A program made the translations under genes and the position numbers. This document shows, piece by piece, positions 1 to 20,540 of a DNA stretch of 64,000 nucleotides (positions are counted from its first letter, which is position 1; the number at the start of each line of letters is the position of its first letter). The stretch lies in assembly GCF_009914755.1 (NCBI RefSeq), contig NC_060944.1; one strand, 5' to 3'. The DNA comes from the human T2T-CHM13v2.0 reference genome, Homo sapiens. The notes below the pieces were generated by a model. The model saw nothing but the letters and a program-made list of their open reading frames with translations. It made no database searches and had not been told where the DNA came from.

Positions 1-3102
<3,102 letters not shown>

Positions 3103-4407
3103 TCAATGTAATTCACCATATTAAGAGAAAAAGGAAAAAACCATATGATCATCTCAGTAGATACAGATAAAGAGGCTAACTAAATCCAACATCCATTCGT
3201 GATTTAAAAAAAAAAAAAAGATCCTGGAAAACAAGGAATAGAAGGGAACTTTCTCAACCTTCTCAACCACATAAAAACTTATTTATGAAAAACAAATAGT
3301 TATTCCTATATTTGTCTATATTTTAAAAACAAGCCAAGTGAACCACTGAGTTAGTAAGCTCATAGGATACAAGATCAATATATAAACAAAAACTTTTTCT
3401 ATATAGTAGTAATAAACTATTGGAAATTAAATGTTTTTAATATCAATTATCATAGCATCAAAACATGAAATACTTGGGAATAAACATAATACATACAAGA
3501 TCTGTACACTGGAAACCACAAAATAATCTTGAGAGATATTTTTTAAATCCAATAAATGGAAAGAAATACTATGTTCATGAACTGGAAAATTCAGTATTAT
3601 TAAATTGATCAACAGGTTCAACACAATCCCAATATAAATTCCGGCAGTCTTTCTCTTCTTGTAAAGATTGACAAGTTGGTTTTAAAATACTTATGTAAAT
3701 GCAAAGGAACTAGAATAGCAAAGAAATCTTGAAAAGAAATTTAGGGACTCACATTGCCTGATTTCAAGATTTCAAGAGTGTGGTATTGACATAAATTTAG
3801 ATATATAGATGAAAGAGATGGAATAGAGTTCAGAAATAGACACACAGAGAAATGGTCAATTTTTGCCAAAGGTGGCAAGGCAATTCAATGGAGAAAGAAT
3901 AACATTTTCAAGAAACTGTACTAGAAAAATATACAAAGGAAATAAAAGATATTTACCTCACACTAGAATTCAGGAAAAATTGTTTTTGAAAAGGACCATA
4001 CACCTACATGTAGGGGTTAAAACTATAAACACTGTAAAAGAAAAAACAGGATAAAGTATTGTGACCTTACATTAGGCAAGTATTTCTTACACAGAAAAAC
4101 ATATATTATACAAGAAAAAATAATTGAATTTTATCACTTTACTGTTCAAAAGCAATTAAAAAAAGCAAGCCATTATACATATACATATGTGTATGTATAT
4201 GCACACATACATACATACATAGGTTAGTACAAAAACATGTATATCCTTGCTCTGTCAGCTGAGAGGCCCTATAAACAATGATACTCCAACGAGCACATCT
4301 AGGAACCAAGCTTTGGATTCAAATACTATTCTCCAATAAGGTAACCAGTATTCCTTGGAGAAATGGCTGATTCTAGGACTGAGGCAAGAAATGTACAAGG
4401 TAAGCCT

Positions 4408-4710
4408 GGCCGGGTGTGGTGGCTCACGCCTGTAATCCCAACCCTCTGGGAGGCCCAGACAGGAGAATCACTTGAGCTCAGGAGTTCGAGACCAGCCTGG
4501 GCAACACAGCGAAACTCCATCTCTAAAAAATAAAATACAAAAATTAGCCAGGTGTGATGGCAGGCACCTGTAGTCCCAGCTATTGAGCGGCTGAAGTGGG
4601 AGGATGGCTTGAGCCTGGGAGGCTGAGGTTGCAGTGAGCTGTGATCATGCCACTGCACTCCACCAGCCTGGGCAACACAGTGAGACAGCAACTGTCTCAA
4701 AAAAAAAAAA
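4408..4710 (+). mobile_element. Alu (AluJ-like)
   Basis: Full dimer with A tail. Confidence 0.9.
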
Positions 4711-5236
4711 TGAGCCTGGAGCATCTTATACTACCAGAAAGGAAGTGTTCAAAAATAAAAAAAAGAAATCATAATGATGGGGATATATCAAAGGGCCACA
4801 AGGGCCAACTGAAAGAGCTCCCAATGGCCAAAGCAGAAACAATTTGAGCAACAAAATAAATAAAGCAGTATTAGACTACAACTAAAAGGATAAAATGTAA
4901 ATATCCATGAGTCCATACTGATATAAATTCATTACTGAATGAATAAATACATAAATAAATAGGAGGAAAAAGAAAATTTTTGCAAAAGAATTCCAAAAAT
5001 ATTAGTTACTCCATGCTCAAGAAGGTGAAGCAAAACTCCCCACTCCTTAAGTGTGAGGTACCTATACTGACTTCCTTCTGAAGAATACAGTATATGTGTA
5101 GAGGGAAAAAAGAATACCTTTAGAGTGGAAAAACCCAGCAAACACTACACTGTGTAAGGCATGTGATACAAGTCAACATCAACAGCGATAAGTCATGGTC
5201 ATAATATGTACCCTTGATATCGTATGATGAGAATGA

Positions 5237-5591
<355 letters not shown>

Positions 5592-5952
5592 ACCCATAAC
5601 CCCATTCTAATCATGACAAAAACATCATACAAATCTCAATTAAAGGAAACTCCACAAAACACTGGACTAGTATTCCTCAAACAGGTTATGGTCACAAAAA
5701 ACAAGGAAAGTCTGAGAAACTGTCACAGCCAAGAGGAACCTAGAAACATGACAACTAAAAATGTAATGTGGTATCCTGGATGGAACCCTGGAAGAGAAAA
5801 AAGGCATTAGGCAAAAACTAAGAAAATCTGAACGAAGTATGGATGTCAGTTAATAATGTATCAATAAAGGTTCATTCATTATGACAAATGTACCTGCTAA
5901 TTAAGATGCTAATTAGGGAAACTGGATATTAGCATATGAGAATTCTCTAAAC

Positions 5953-7055
<1,103 letters not shown>

Positions 7056-7184
7056 TTATTTTTAAAAATCCATACATAACGCAGTAAGACAATCCAAAGT
7101 TTTTAAGGGGCAAACAGTTTTATATAGATTGCAAATAACACATGAAAACATGCTTAGCATCATTAGCCATAAAATGTCTCTTAT

Positions 7185-8100
7185 TGATCAAACTCTATTC
7201 AAATTTCCCTGAACTACTTTTCAACTGGGCTAGACTTTTGGACTTCCATGTTTATCTCTGTACTGTTCAATTTTAATAAGAATCTTGCTAAATCAGTCTA
7301 ACAAGATACTCCCACCCTTGATATCTGGTCACCCTCAATATTTAATCAGATTCCTCATTCTCCACCATCCCCCAAGTGACATCTGATCACTGTGGTCTGT
7401 CTCCAGCAAGAATTCTGTTAGGCCGATTTAGCTAGAATCTCCCCTTACCTGTGATGTTTCCTGTTAGTAATTTTCCATCCACTGACTCCTACCCAGTTTT
7501 TTAGCTATAAATTGTCACTTGTCCATGCTGTATTCAGAGTTGAACCCAATCTCTCTCCCTCACTGCAAAATCCCATAGCAGTTGACATGGTCTGGATGTT
7601 TTGTCTCCTTCAAATCTCGTACTGAAATGTGACCTCCAACGTTGGAGGTGGGCCTAGTAGGAGGTATCTGGGTCATGGGGGCGGATACTTCATAGAATGG
7701 CTTGGTGCTGTTCTCACAGTAATTAGTAAGTTTTCACTGTATGAGTCCATGTGAGATCTGGTTGTTTAAAAGAGCCTGCCACCTCTTCCCTCTCTTTCTT
7801 GCTCCCTCTCTCACCATGTGATATACCGACTCCTCCTTTGTCTCCTACCATTATTTTAAACTTCCTGAGGTCTCACCAGAAGCTGAGCTGATGCTGGTGT
7901 CATGCTTGTATAGCCTGCAGAGCCAAGAGCCAAATAAACCTCTTTTCTTTATAAATTATCCAGCCTCAGGTATTCCTTTATAGCAATGCGAAAGCAACTA
8001 ATACAGCAGTGGTTCCTACAGCTATCACAATAGTTCCTCCCTTGAATAAAGTCTGCCTTACCACCTTTCACACGGGTCATAAATAATTTTTTCATTAACA
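7185..8100 (+). mobile_element. MER31-like ERV1 LTR split by an MSTB-like MaLR LTR (7583-8005)
   Basis: Inner LTR runs TG...CA with 5-bp TSD gcagt (7578-7582, 8006-8010). Outer LTR has AATAAA near 8045 and ends ...AACA. Confidence 0.75.
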
Positions 8101-8396
8101 GTAGCCATTAGGGAAATGCAAATTAAAACCACCAGATACCATTATATAACCACTAAAATGACTAAAATTTAAAAGATTGACAAAACTAAGTATTGGCAAA
8201 ACTGCAGATCTGTGGAAATCTGAATGAATTATATATGTTGCTAGTGAGAACACAAATGGCAAATTGTTTAGCAGTTTTCTTTAAAGTTAACCATACACTC
8301 ACCACAGACTCAGCAATTCTATTCCTAAGAATTTTATCTGTGAGAAATGAAAGCATATGTTCACATAAATTCACATAAAGTCTACATAAAGACATA

Positions 8397-8434
<38 letters not shown>

Positions 8435-8775
8435 TTCTTATACACCCAACAATATGGGTGAATCTCAAAAGCATTACGTGAGTTAAAGAAGCCAGTCACA
8501 AAAGATCACAAGTTCTATAATTCTATTTAGAATAAAATCTAGAAAAGACTGAACTATAGTGACAAAAAGCAGATAATGGTTGCCAGGGGCCACTGAGGGA
8601 GAGGATTCACTGTGGATAGGTATGAGGGAAATTTGAGAGTAATGGAAATGTTATACATCATGATTGTACTGGTGGTTACACAATTGTATATATTTGTCGA
8701 AACCCATCAAATTGTACACTTTACATTGATCAATTTTGTTGCATGTAAATTATACTCCAATAAAGCTGACAAAAA
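8101..8775 (+). mobile_element. L1ME-like 3' end containing (TA)n at 8401-8430
   Basis: gggaaatgcaaattaaaaccac...tatactccaataaagctg. Confidence 0.7.
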
Positions 8776-8849
8776 AGTAGTATACCTATTACTTGACATA
8801 AACTAATCAGCCTATATACTAACTTGCCCCTTATAAATAATAAAATCAC

Positions 8850-9110
8850 TTTTGGAGGCTGAGACAGGAGGATCACTCAAGGTCGGCGGTTTGAGACCAG
8901 CCTGGGCACCACAGTAGGACCCCATCTCTCCAAAAATTTTTTTTTAAATAGCTGGGCATGGTGGTGCATGCCTGTAGTCCCAGCTGCTCGGGAGGGAGAT
9001 CAGGGAGACTGCTTGAGCTCAGGAGCTCTAAGCTGCAGTAAGCTATGATTGCACCACTGCGCTCCAGCCTGGGCAACAGAGTGAGACCTTTCTCTAAAAA
9101 AAAATAATAA
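8850..9110 (+). mobile_element. 5'-truncated AluJ
   Basis: Degenerate Alu sequence with A tail. Confidence 0.85.
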
Positions 9111-9199
9111 TAAATTTAAATAATTTAAAATAATATACATAAACTTTTTAAGCGGTCATCTGATCTTCTGATGTAACTCATTTTGCGTAATTAATAATC

Positions 9200-10346
<1,147 letters not shown>

Positions 10347-11174
10347 TTATAACTAGATATAAACAGAGTAATTATTGTGAGCTATAACCCCTTAAGCAAG
10401 CTGATACTTATTAATTCTTACAGGTTGCTCCTATAGAGAAATGTCAGGAAAATGTAGTGGAGTGCTAAGAATCTAATCTTTTCAAGATTAAAACAAGAGA
10501 AATTAAACAAACTTAGGCAACAGTATTTTCTGTTTCTAAAAAATGGAATTCTAAAACCAAAATATATTTTAAACTTATTCATAACTTTTCAAGGAGACAT
10601 GGCTTTAAGAAGTGAGATGCCCTTTGACTAACCAACCCAGCAAAGAGAGGGCAGAAAGGCCAACAGGCAAGTCAGGAGCTACTCTCCCACCACGACATGG
10701 AAACCCTTTCCTATTAATGAAATTTTGGAACCCCAAGCCAAGGCAAAGATCTGCAAAGTATTACTCTTTCACTATAAACCACAACTTGTATTACCCATTT
10801 AATGTCCTTTGCTGAAGGCATAAAATAATATAAGAACTGTTTGCAAGGCTCCAGGGTATACTGCATCTCTGAGGATCTATTATGAGACCTCTATTAACAG
10901 CTCTTACAGATGCAAACAATTTAGTTTTCAAATATTGTACAAAAACTAGACTGGCACATTATAAAATCATTTTTATATAAAATGATTTATGTTTGTCCAA
11001 TTTCCAATCTTCCTTTAACGAGAAGTCAGACATTAACAGGAAATTACTAATATGTTAGTACTCACACTCTGTCGCTCAAGTGCAAATTCAACAAACACAT
11101 CATTAGATACATGAAATAAAGTAGAATATATAACTCTTGTTGAAAATTGAATGTCCTATCAAAATCATTTTAAT

Positions 11175-11400
11175 TGAGTTTGTGACCAGCCCGGCCAACA
11201 TGATGAAATGCCATTTCCACTAAAAATACAAAAATTAGCCAGGCGTGATGGCAGGTGCCTGTAATCTCAGCTACTCAGAAGGCTGAAGCAGGAGAATCAC
11301 TTGAACCTTGAACCTGGGAGGCAAAGGCTTTAGTGAGCCAAGACTGTACCACTGCGTACTCCAGCTGGGCGACAGAGCAAGACTCTGTCTCAAAAAAAAA
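11175..11400 (+). mobile_element. 5'-truncated AluS
   Basis: Begins at gagtttgtgaccagc; A tail present. Confidence 0.85.
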
Positions 11401-11819
11401 GAAAAATCATTTTAATTACTAACTTCATTGATAAGCAGATACCTTTAACCTTCTAAAGCTGAGAAAGGTGGGGAAAAAGCTTTCGAAATGAACTTTCTTG
11501 CATCTTTTTAAAAGAGTTACAAAAACAGGATATGTACTCCATGTCATTATACTCTTTTTCAAACTAACACTAGTAAAACTTGTACAATATGCCTATCTTA
11601 GCTAGCACTATTCTAAGAATTACTAATTTTCTGGTATCCCAACATCAGTTTTCATTTACAGGATGAATGGAAGCCAATGAAACTGTATTACTGACTGAAA
11701 AAATCATTTGGGGAATTTTTTTTTGTTTAGTTGCCAATTAAGCTCAAATTTTCAAGAATTGGATGGTTAAAAGATTTCCAATTTAGATTCCTCTGTGGTA
11801 GCACAGGTTAAGAGTCATT

Positions 11820-12390
11820 AATTCAACAAATATTTATTGGACACCATTGTACCAGGCAAATCTTTTCTGTAAAGGGCAAGATATATTAACTAGTTCAGGC
11901 CTCGTGGGCCACATAGACAATGCTACAACTACTGAGCTCTGCCACTGTAGCACAAAAGCAGCAATAGAAAATACACAAATGAATAAGCATGGCTGTGTTC
12001 CAATAAAACTTCATTTATGGATACTGAGATATGAATTTCATATACTTCTCTGGTGTCATGAAATATTATTCTTCTTTTGATTTTGTTTCAACCATTTAAA
12101 AAAGTGAAAATCATTCTTAGTTTGCAGGCCATTCAAAACCAGGCATCTGGCCAGATTTGGCTTTCTGGCCATAGTTGGCCAATCCTTGATCTAAACCACG
12201 GGGATATAGCAGTGAACGAAACAGAAAAACATTCTTACCTACATGGAGCCTCAATTCTAGCTAAGGGAGACAAACAATAAGAAATTAAATACATTAGATA
12301 ACATGTCAGATAGCAGTAAACACGAGAGTGAAAAAATAAAACAGGTAAGCAATAGGAGTACTGGGGATGGTCAGAGGGCTTTTATTAAAA
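11820..12390. mobile_element. L2 (minus) containing MER58B-like hAT element (~11852-12190)
   Basis: attcaacaaatatttattg L2 end; MER58 core ttttctgtaaagggc...gctgtgttccaataaaact. Confidence 0.7.
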
Positions 12391-12464
12391 AGAAAACTAT
12401 AGCAGTAGTTACAATTTATTTATCATTTTTTTGGACATAATTTCAGACTTATAGAAAAGTACGA

Positions 12465-13990
<1,526 letters not shown>

Positions 13991-15903
13991 AATTTTCAAA
14001 ATAAGATTGCAAATTTTTTAAAAACTGTTACCATTGTGAATTAAAGGGTCCAAAGGATCTCTCAGTATTATTTCTTATGCCTGCATGTATCCACAATTAA
14101 CTTACAAAGTTTTTTTTTTAAAGAGTCAAAGAATTAAAATTCCAGACTCTCATCCCCAAAGATTCTGGTCCAGGTCATGAGTTGAAAGCTAGGGAATCAT
14201 CATTTTTTAAAATAAGCTACCTCCAACAATTCTAATCCAGCCCTCACCTTGAGAAACTCCAGTGTAAATGAACTCCGTCAGCTGCTTAACTTCATATTCT
14301 CCATGAACCACATCTGGAGGGGGCTTGTAAAGGCATCTATTGCAACAGCACAGAGGATATTGGGAGTAAAAAAGCTACAAATGATCCATGAGAGGCTACA
14401 AAAGCTAACCACTCTGGGGCTAGGATTCAACCCTGGAAAAAAAATTAGATGGACTGGAGAAAAGTTAATAAAATGGGAGACAGTCAATGGTAAATAGACA
14501 TAGAAACCTTTCTGGGCAATCATCACAAAGACAGCCATAAATATTATCCACAAAACAGCAATTTTTCTTATGTTTTCCATTAAGATGTAATGCAATCAAG
14601 ATAAATGATGTTGGAAGCTAAATATCCTTTAGGAAGTTATCAGGACAAAGTGTGAAAATCAGTGCAGTATGCTTGGACTTTCAGTACGTTCCTTCATCAC
14701 AAACAGTAAAAACAATATTTCACTCCTGGGACTAAAAGTAAATAAACAATTTGGTTCAACCTTATTTGGGTCACCGAGGTTTTTGATCTGCTTTAGCTTC
14801 AGGTCAAAAATTTTAGAGTGATATACTTTGGTATTAGTTCAAATTGTTTCAATGAGGAATTTTTTTGAAAAGTCTAGTTTGATTTGAAGCTCATTTTCAA
14901 AATAAAAGTTAATATTTAAGTCCAATTCCTATTCTGAAAAATTAAATCAAAGCTCATTCCGGCTTTACTATTAGTTTGGTAGAAATCCCTATTACAACAA
15001 TTCGCAGCCTCTAGACCATTAAATTAATGACCATTAAACCATACATTCATTTCCCTGGCCCTTGCAACAAGACAAAAGCTAATAATCTCTGTCCAAGACT
15101 TATTTCCAGCTATACCTTAAAATGATATACAGTGCTACAAAAGCTCCTACACTCAAAAGAACCAGCTGTCACTTAGCTCTGGGAGATTGTAGCCCTGGGA
15201 GAATGCATGCTCCATGTGGCCAGATCTCATTTTTGCCAAGATAATTTAGAAGTCCAGATGCTTATATTAGTCTCCTCATTTTTACATGTTGACAACAAAT
15301 TCCAGTTTTTAAAAGCTAGTCTATGGGCCAATCAACACGCATCTGTGAAATGTCTCTTTTGCAATCTCTGGCCTACATCACTTTGTAAGATTAAGAAGGT
15401 CTCAAGCTTCTTCAGATGCAAAATCTAAGCTTGCGTAAATCTTCAGTTTTCCATACAATACAGGTTTCAGGCAAAATAGCTCTTTGACACAAATGACAGT
15501 CCTAACAACAAATTTTATTATCATGCTTAAATATTTAAAATATTGAATTACCTCTTGCTACTTAAAGAAACAATACAGAAGTAACCTGTACTGCAGTCTA
15601 CCAAGTGTCAACTCACCTTTACTAAAAAGAGCCAGATTAGTGGTCAGAAATGCTGCATATCTTCTGATTATAACAAATAAAATTTGTAATACCTTTTTCC
15701 TTCTCCAAAACGAGTCAGATGAGCTTTCTACTCAGAGTCCACAGGAAGTCATGGTATTTTTCTCAAATACCAGAAAACTAATAAAATATCATGGTATTTT
15801 TCTCAAATATCATTAGTATAGACAACTTCATCTACAACTTTACCCAGTGGTAAACTGCCTATCAAGACAAAACATGATAACCTTTTTAGAACTAGTAATT
15901 TGT

Positions 15904-15909
<6 letters not shown>

Positions 15910-15944
<35 letters not shown>
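15910..15944. repeat. (CA)n microsatellite
   Basis: Perfect CA run. Confidence 0.95.
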
Positions 15945-15946
<2 letters not shown>

Positions 15947-18069
15947 TCCCCATACACAGAAGCGCATGGGAGGTGGGGCTATAATGTTCAGGTAACATGC
16001 AAAAATGGCAAAGATATAATCAGGTAAAATAATTATAGGATAATGAGAATCTATCTATAAATCAGATAACCAGCCCCCACATAGGGAAAAGTTGACTCTT
16101 CCATTCCCACTATGAACATTAACGACTTCAAGATCAAGAAAGTAGGCACATGACATAAAATAAGTATTAAATTTTGAAGAAATCCTGGCATTCAGATGGA
16201 CAGGGTTTACGGAAGAAAAATTCTCTGGTAAACACAGAAACAGTAACAAGATAACCAACTCAGATATCTGTTCAAGTACCCTGCCCAAGAAATTAAAATT
16301 ACTACATCCAGGACTTGCCCCTCCATCTTCTCTCCCAGCACGCCCATTCACCATTTCTCTGCACTTATTTTAGGATATAGAGGATGGGTTTGAAGGATGT
16401 AAATCTATCAATTATACTGCACTTTGTTCAGTTCTGGAAAAAATGCTCAATGAAAAGAAGGTAAAACTATGGCAAAACTTTTTTTATTAGTAATAAATTT
16501 AACTGTGTTAACCTTGTTTTCCATGACAAAATAATTACAGAATATGGACAATAATAGAGATCTGCAACATAGAAGCCACAAGAGGATTAATAATTCCTTC
16601 TAAGTTTTGGTATAGTATTGATCTAAAAAGCAGAATTTTCATAACTGCAGCTAATTGGAAGTCACATTATTTATTATCATGGGACTACAGAAAGCAAGGT
16701 CAGAAAGAAGCTAGACTTATCATCCAATTTAATATCCAGTTTGCAAGTAGTTGCTAACTACAGCTTAAAATATTTCCAGGGAAGTTATATATCCATGTGA
16801 ATATGAACGTGTTGTGCCGAAAACACAGAAAACATGCAGTTCCCATATAGCAGAGGGTGATCTGCCATTATAAACACTCTTAAGTCAATGCTTGTATAGG
16901 AAAATTAGCAGATATTTGCAAATTCATTTTCGGGTCACTGAAAATTAAAGCCAGAAAGCCTATTTTCATCCATGTATTGAAAAAAAGGCACATGAGATTA
17001 TTTCTGTAGTGATGCTGCCTGTTCTTAGACTTATTCTTAGTCACATATGAACATTTTCACCCAAATACTGGCCAATTATAAACAATTAAGACATGCATTA
17101 CTGAGCTATATATTATTATGTTTGAGGCTGTAGCCAATTGGCTACAGCCAATTAATATTACATTTATAAAGAGTAAAAAGTTCAAGAATTAATGAACTTT
17201 AACCAATAAGTTTCAGCAGAGTTAGCCACAAAACACTTTTATTAGGCCCAAATGAAGTATCTTTCATTCATTAATACAGAACCTCAGGGCATACTTGCAA
17301 ATCAGAGGTTCAATTATCTTAAAAAAAAGTTCCTAAGGAAACAAAAAACTTTCCATTTTTGTTCTGTAAACTGCTCCTAAACAACAAGGTATTCTTTCTT
17401 TTTTGGCATTCTCTTTTCTCCCTATCTCAGGACATATTTACAGATGCACTGGCTGCTTTACAGACATGCTAAAAGTTCTTGCTGCAGTTGATCAAAGTTG
17501 GAATGTCTGAGGAAATTACTCAACTTAGACAGCCTGGAATTATATCTAGCCAAATAGAGCACTCTACTTTCAACATGTGTTAAAGTAATATTTTAGCTAT
17601 CCTGGATGTAAGTTGAGAGAACATTTGTTTGCATCACATTCTGTGAACACTTGAGTCAAACATAGTATGTTGAATACCAGGTTTTAGTATCTGTGACAGT
17701 TCATTTTTTTAACTATTCAATTTACAAAAGACAACATACTTCATTTAAAAAAAAAAACCCTCACACAACAACATACGTAGTAGAAACTAAGGCTTTTTAT
17801 GATCTTCTTTAAGTGCCCAAGCTTTTCTGGAAATGTCAGAAAAAATTGAACCAATGTTAATATTTGTTCATTAGAGCATTTGTTAATCTGACATAAAATA
17901 TTCTGTCCAAAAATGGAAACTTTACTTTTTCTTGCACTGCCCACTATGAGCTCAAGATATTTTTATTATTTAAAATATTTTCACAAAAAGGCACTGCACA
18001 TCTGCACTCACCTCCTTTCTATTACTAATCTGCCTAATTTACAAGGGCACATACAACATAATTAAGCAG

Positions 18070-18130
18070 AAAAATGACATCACAACAGTTTTCACATTTT
18101 TTAATTGAAAGCCACATAATTACAGTACAG
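18070..18130 (-). terminator. Candidate intronic polyadenylation site
   Basis: Minus strand: TGTA twice (18129-18126, 18124-18121), ATTAAA (18105-18100), then GU/U-rich TGTTGTGATGTCATTTTT. Confidence 0.45.
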
Positions 18131-18270
18131 TTACTTGTCAAAAACATAACACAAATCTCTAAAATAGAATATTGGCTTCAATAAACTTTCACATTTGAAA
18201 TAGTTTTAAACTTTGTTTTAGTTGGATTCTTTATGATGTCCAGGAAGAGGTTAGTTAGCACACACAGTAC

Positions 18271-18294
18271 CTGAAATTGTCCTTTCCACATGAG
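18271..18294 (-). other. TASP1: Candidate 24-nt alternative microexon / start of an alternative last exon in TASP1 intron 4
   Basis: catttgtcttttctgttttag|CTCATGTGGAAAGGACAATTTCAG|gtactg. In frame after exon 4 (LMWKGQFQ). Confidence 0.5.
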
Positions 18295-18862
18295 CTAAAA
18301 CAGAAAAGACAAATGTAGCTGTTTCTCCAGTACTACCAAATTTGGCAGCCACTTATACTTCCCTTCAACCTAAATAATTATACCTTTTAACCATATTGAC
18401 AATAATATGGAAACATCACTCAAGAAGAACCTAACAGACCATGGAATTATAATAATTTAAACCATCCTTTTATCAAATGACATGGTCAGAACTGGAGAGG
18501 AAAGAGGGATACTAGTAACTTTTAAGTCCTCTACTAAGCTTTTTTTAATAAAAAGACTTCCAACCCACTAGAAAACGTTGCTTACATTTGCACATACTCC
18601 AGAAAAGGGAAACATAAATAAATTCCCCACTCTGAATGTGTTATAGTGTTGATGTCCTGTGTTACAGTACATGTGTGTCATGAACTGTCAGGAAATGTGT
18701 ACACCATGCAGGAGGCTGGACCCTGAGTGAGAATGACTGCCAGTAAAAACTACCTGGCAATGGGAATGGCCAAAGAACTTCTGTCAAATGTCTAAGATTC
18801 AGCTTTAAGCTGATTTCTATAGTGAGGTACAATCCTTCATTATTCTAACACTTAGGTAATGA

Positions 18863-19219
<357 letters not shown>

Positions 19220-20273
19220 GAGAATCTTAAAAATTATGTAACTTAAGTTTCTTCCTCATTCTTTTCCAGATTCTGAATAAAGGGGCGGGTTTGAGAGATG
19301 GAAAAAAAACTTAAAATCAAAAGGTAGTCTTTGAAATTAAACACCATCATACCAGCCTGTGATTTTCCAAACATAGAAAAATCTTATTAGCCTACATCCT
19401 TCATTACCAAGAGCAAAACAGACAAAAACAGTAGATGTTAAGGTATAAACCTGATGCCGCAAATGACACAGATCCAAACAAACACAAATACACATACACA
19501 CACACACACACAATCATTCAAAAATCACAACACTATAAATCCTAGGACCAATGAATCTAATTAAATCCCTTTTGTGTAATATTCCTATTAATATAGGACT
19601 AGAAGACATTTTACACTCAAAAATCCAAAAGTCTAAATTGTTTCCACGTAGTCAAAACACAGGATTTCCACTAACTACACCACGCTACCATATATGGCTT
19701 TAGGTAGCTCAAAACTGAATTCCAAAATGAAGTATATTTTTGAGAGTAACAACTCCCAGAGAAAAACAAGGGCATACATAGAGAGTTCCATGCTCCTCAG
19801 GAACTGCTAGGTCTGATCTTGGACCCTCTCTTCTACTAGATTCAGCCAGGATGAATATATCTGATGAGATCCACATACCTCATCAAGAAATGGCCGGAAA
19901 AGCCTAAAATCATTTTTCATGTTCCCATTACTACAAAGTAAAAGCATGATAAGCTCTATACTTAAGTGTTTTGACTTGGTCAAAAGCTAACACCGGGTTT
20001 GCTACCATGTAAAATTAATCTAGAATGTAATCATTGATTCCGTTTTCTTTTTATTCTTTAAAAAAAAAAAAGGGCAGTTGGGGAAGAAATCACTGCTTTT
20101 CCATTAAGCAGGTACTTTGTGCTAGAGAGCATGTGTCATTTCTAGGGTCTCAGAAAAAGAACGGATGTATCTATGTGTAAACACAAACAGTAAGTTACAA
20201 GTTGCCCCTTAGTACTAAAGGCAAGAATCAGCATCAGTACTCAAAAAAGTGTTTTAAAAAGAGTGTAACTTAC

Positions 20274-20540
20274 TTTTACTGTCCCAGGCTAAATGGGCTC
20301 TGTCTGGTGCTTCTTTGTCTGCACATGGCCACCCACAGCCTGTCTTCTAATTAAATCAATGCTCTAGCAGCAGAACAAGCAAACAAGTTGCCTCCCATCT
20401 GCGTACAGCTCTTCAGGATACATTTCCCTTGTTCAGAAGGTGGAAATTCTTGGGAGAGGTGATTTTCTCTGCCTCTTCACAAGAAGGACATGGATACTTG
20501 GCTGGATGCAACTCCATGAAGTGTAACTGTGTGTGTACAC
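20274..20540 (-). other. TASP1: Candidate 267-nt poison cassette exon
   Basis: Long U-tract acceptor ending ttgag, donor AAA|gtaagt, in-frame stop at 20435-20433. Confidence 0.3.

Noticed and set aside
15749-15809. Repeat-spacer-repeat resembling CRISPR
   Set aside because: Only two copies, in a eukaryotic intron, with no cas genes.
19879-19903. 25-nt exon-like segment with GAG|gtatgt donor
   Set aside because: The acceptor has almost no polypyrimidine tract.
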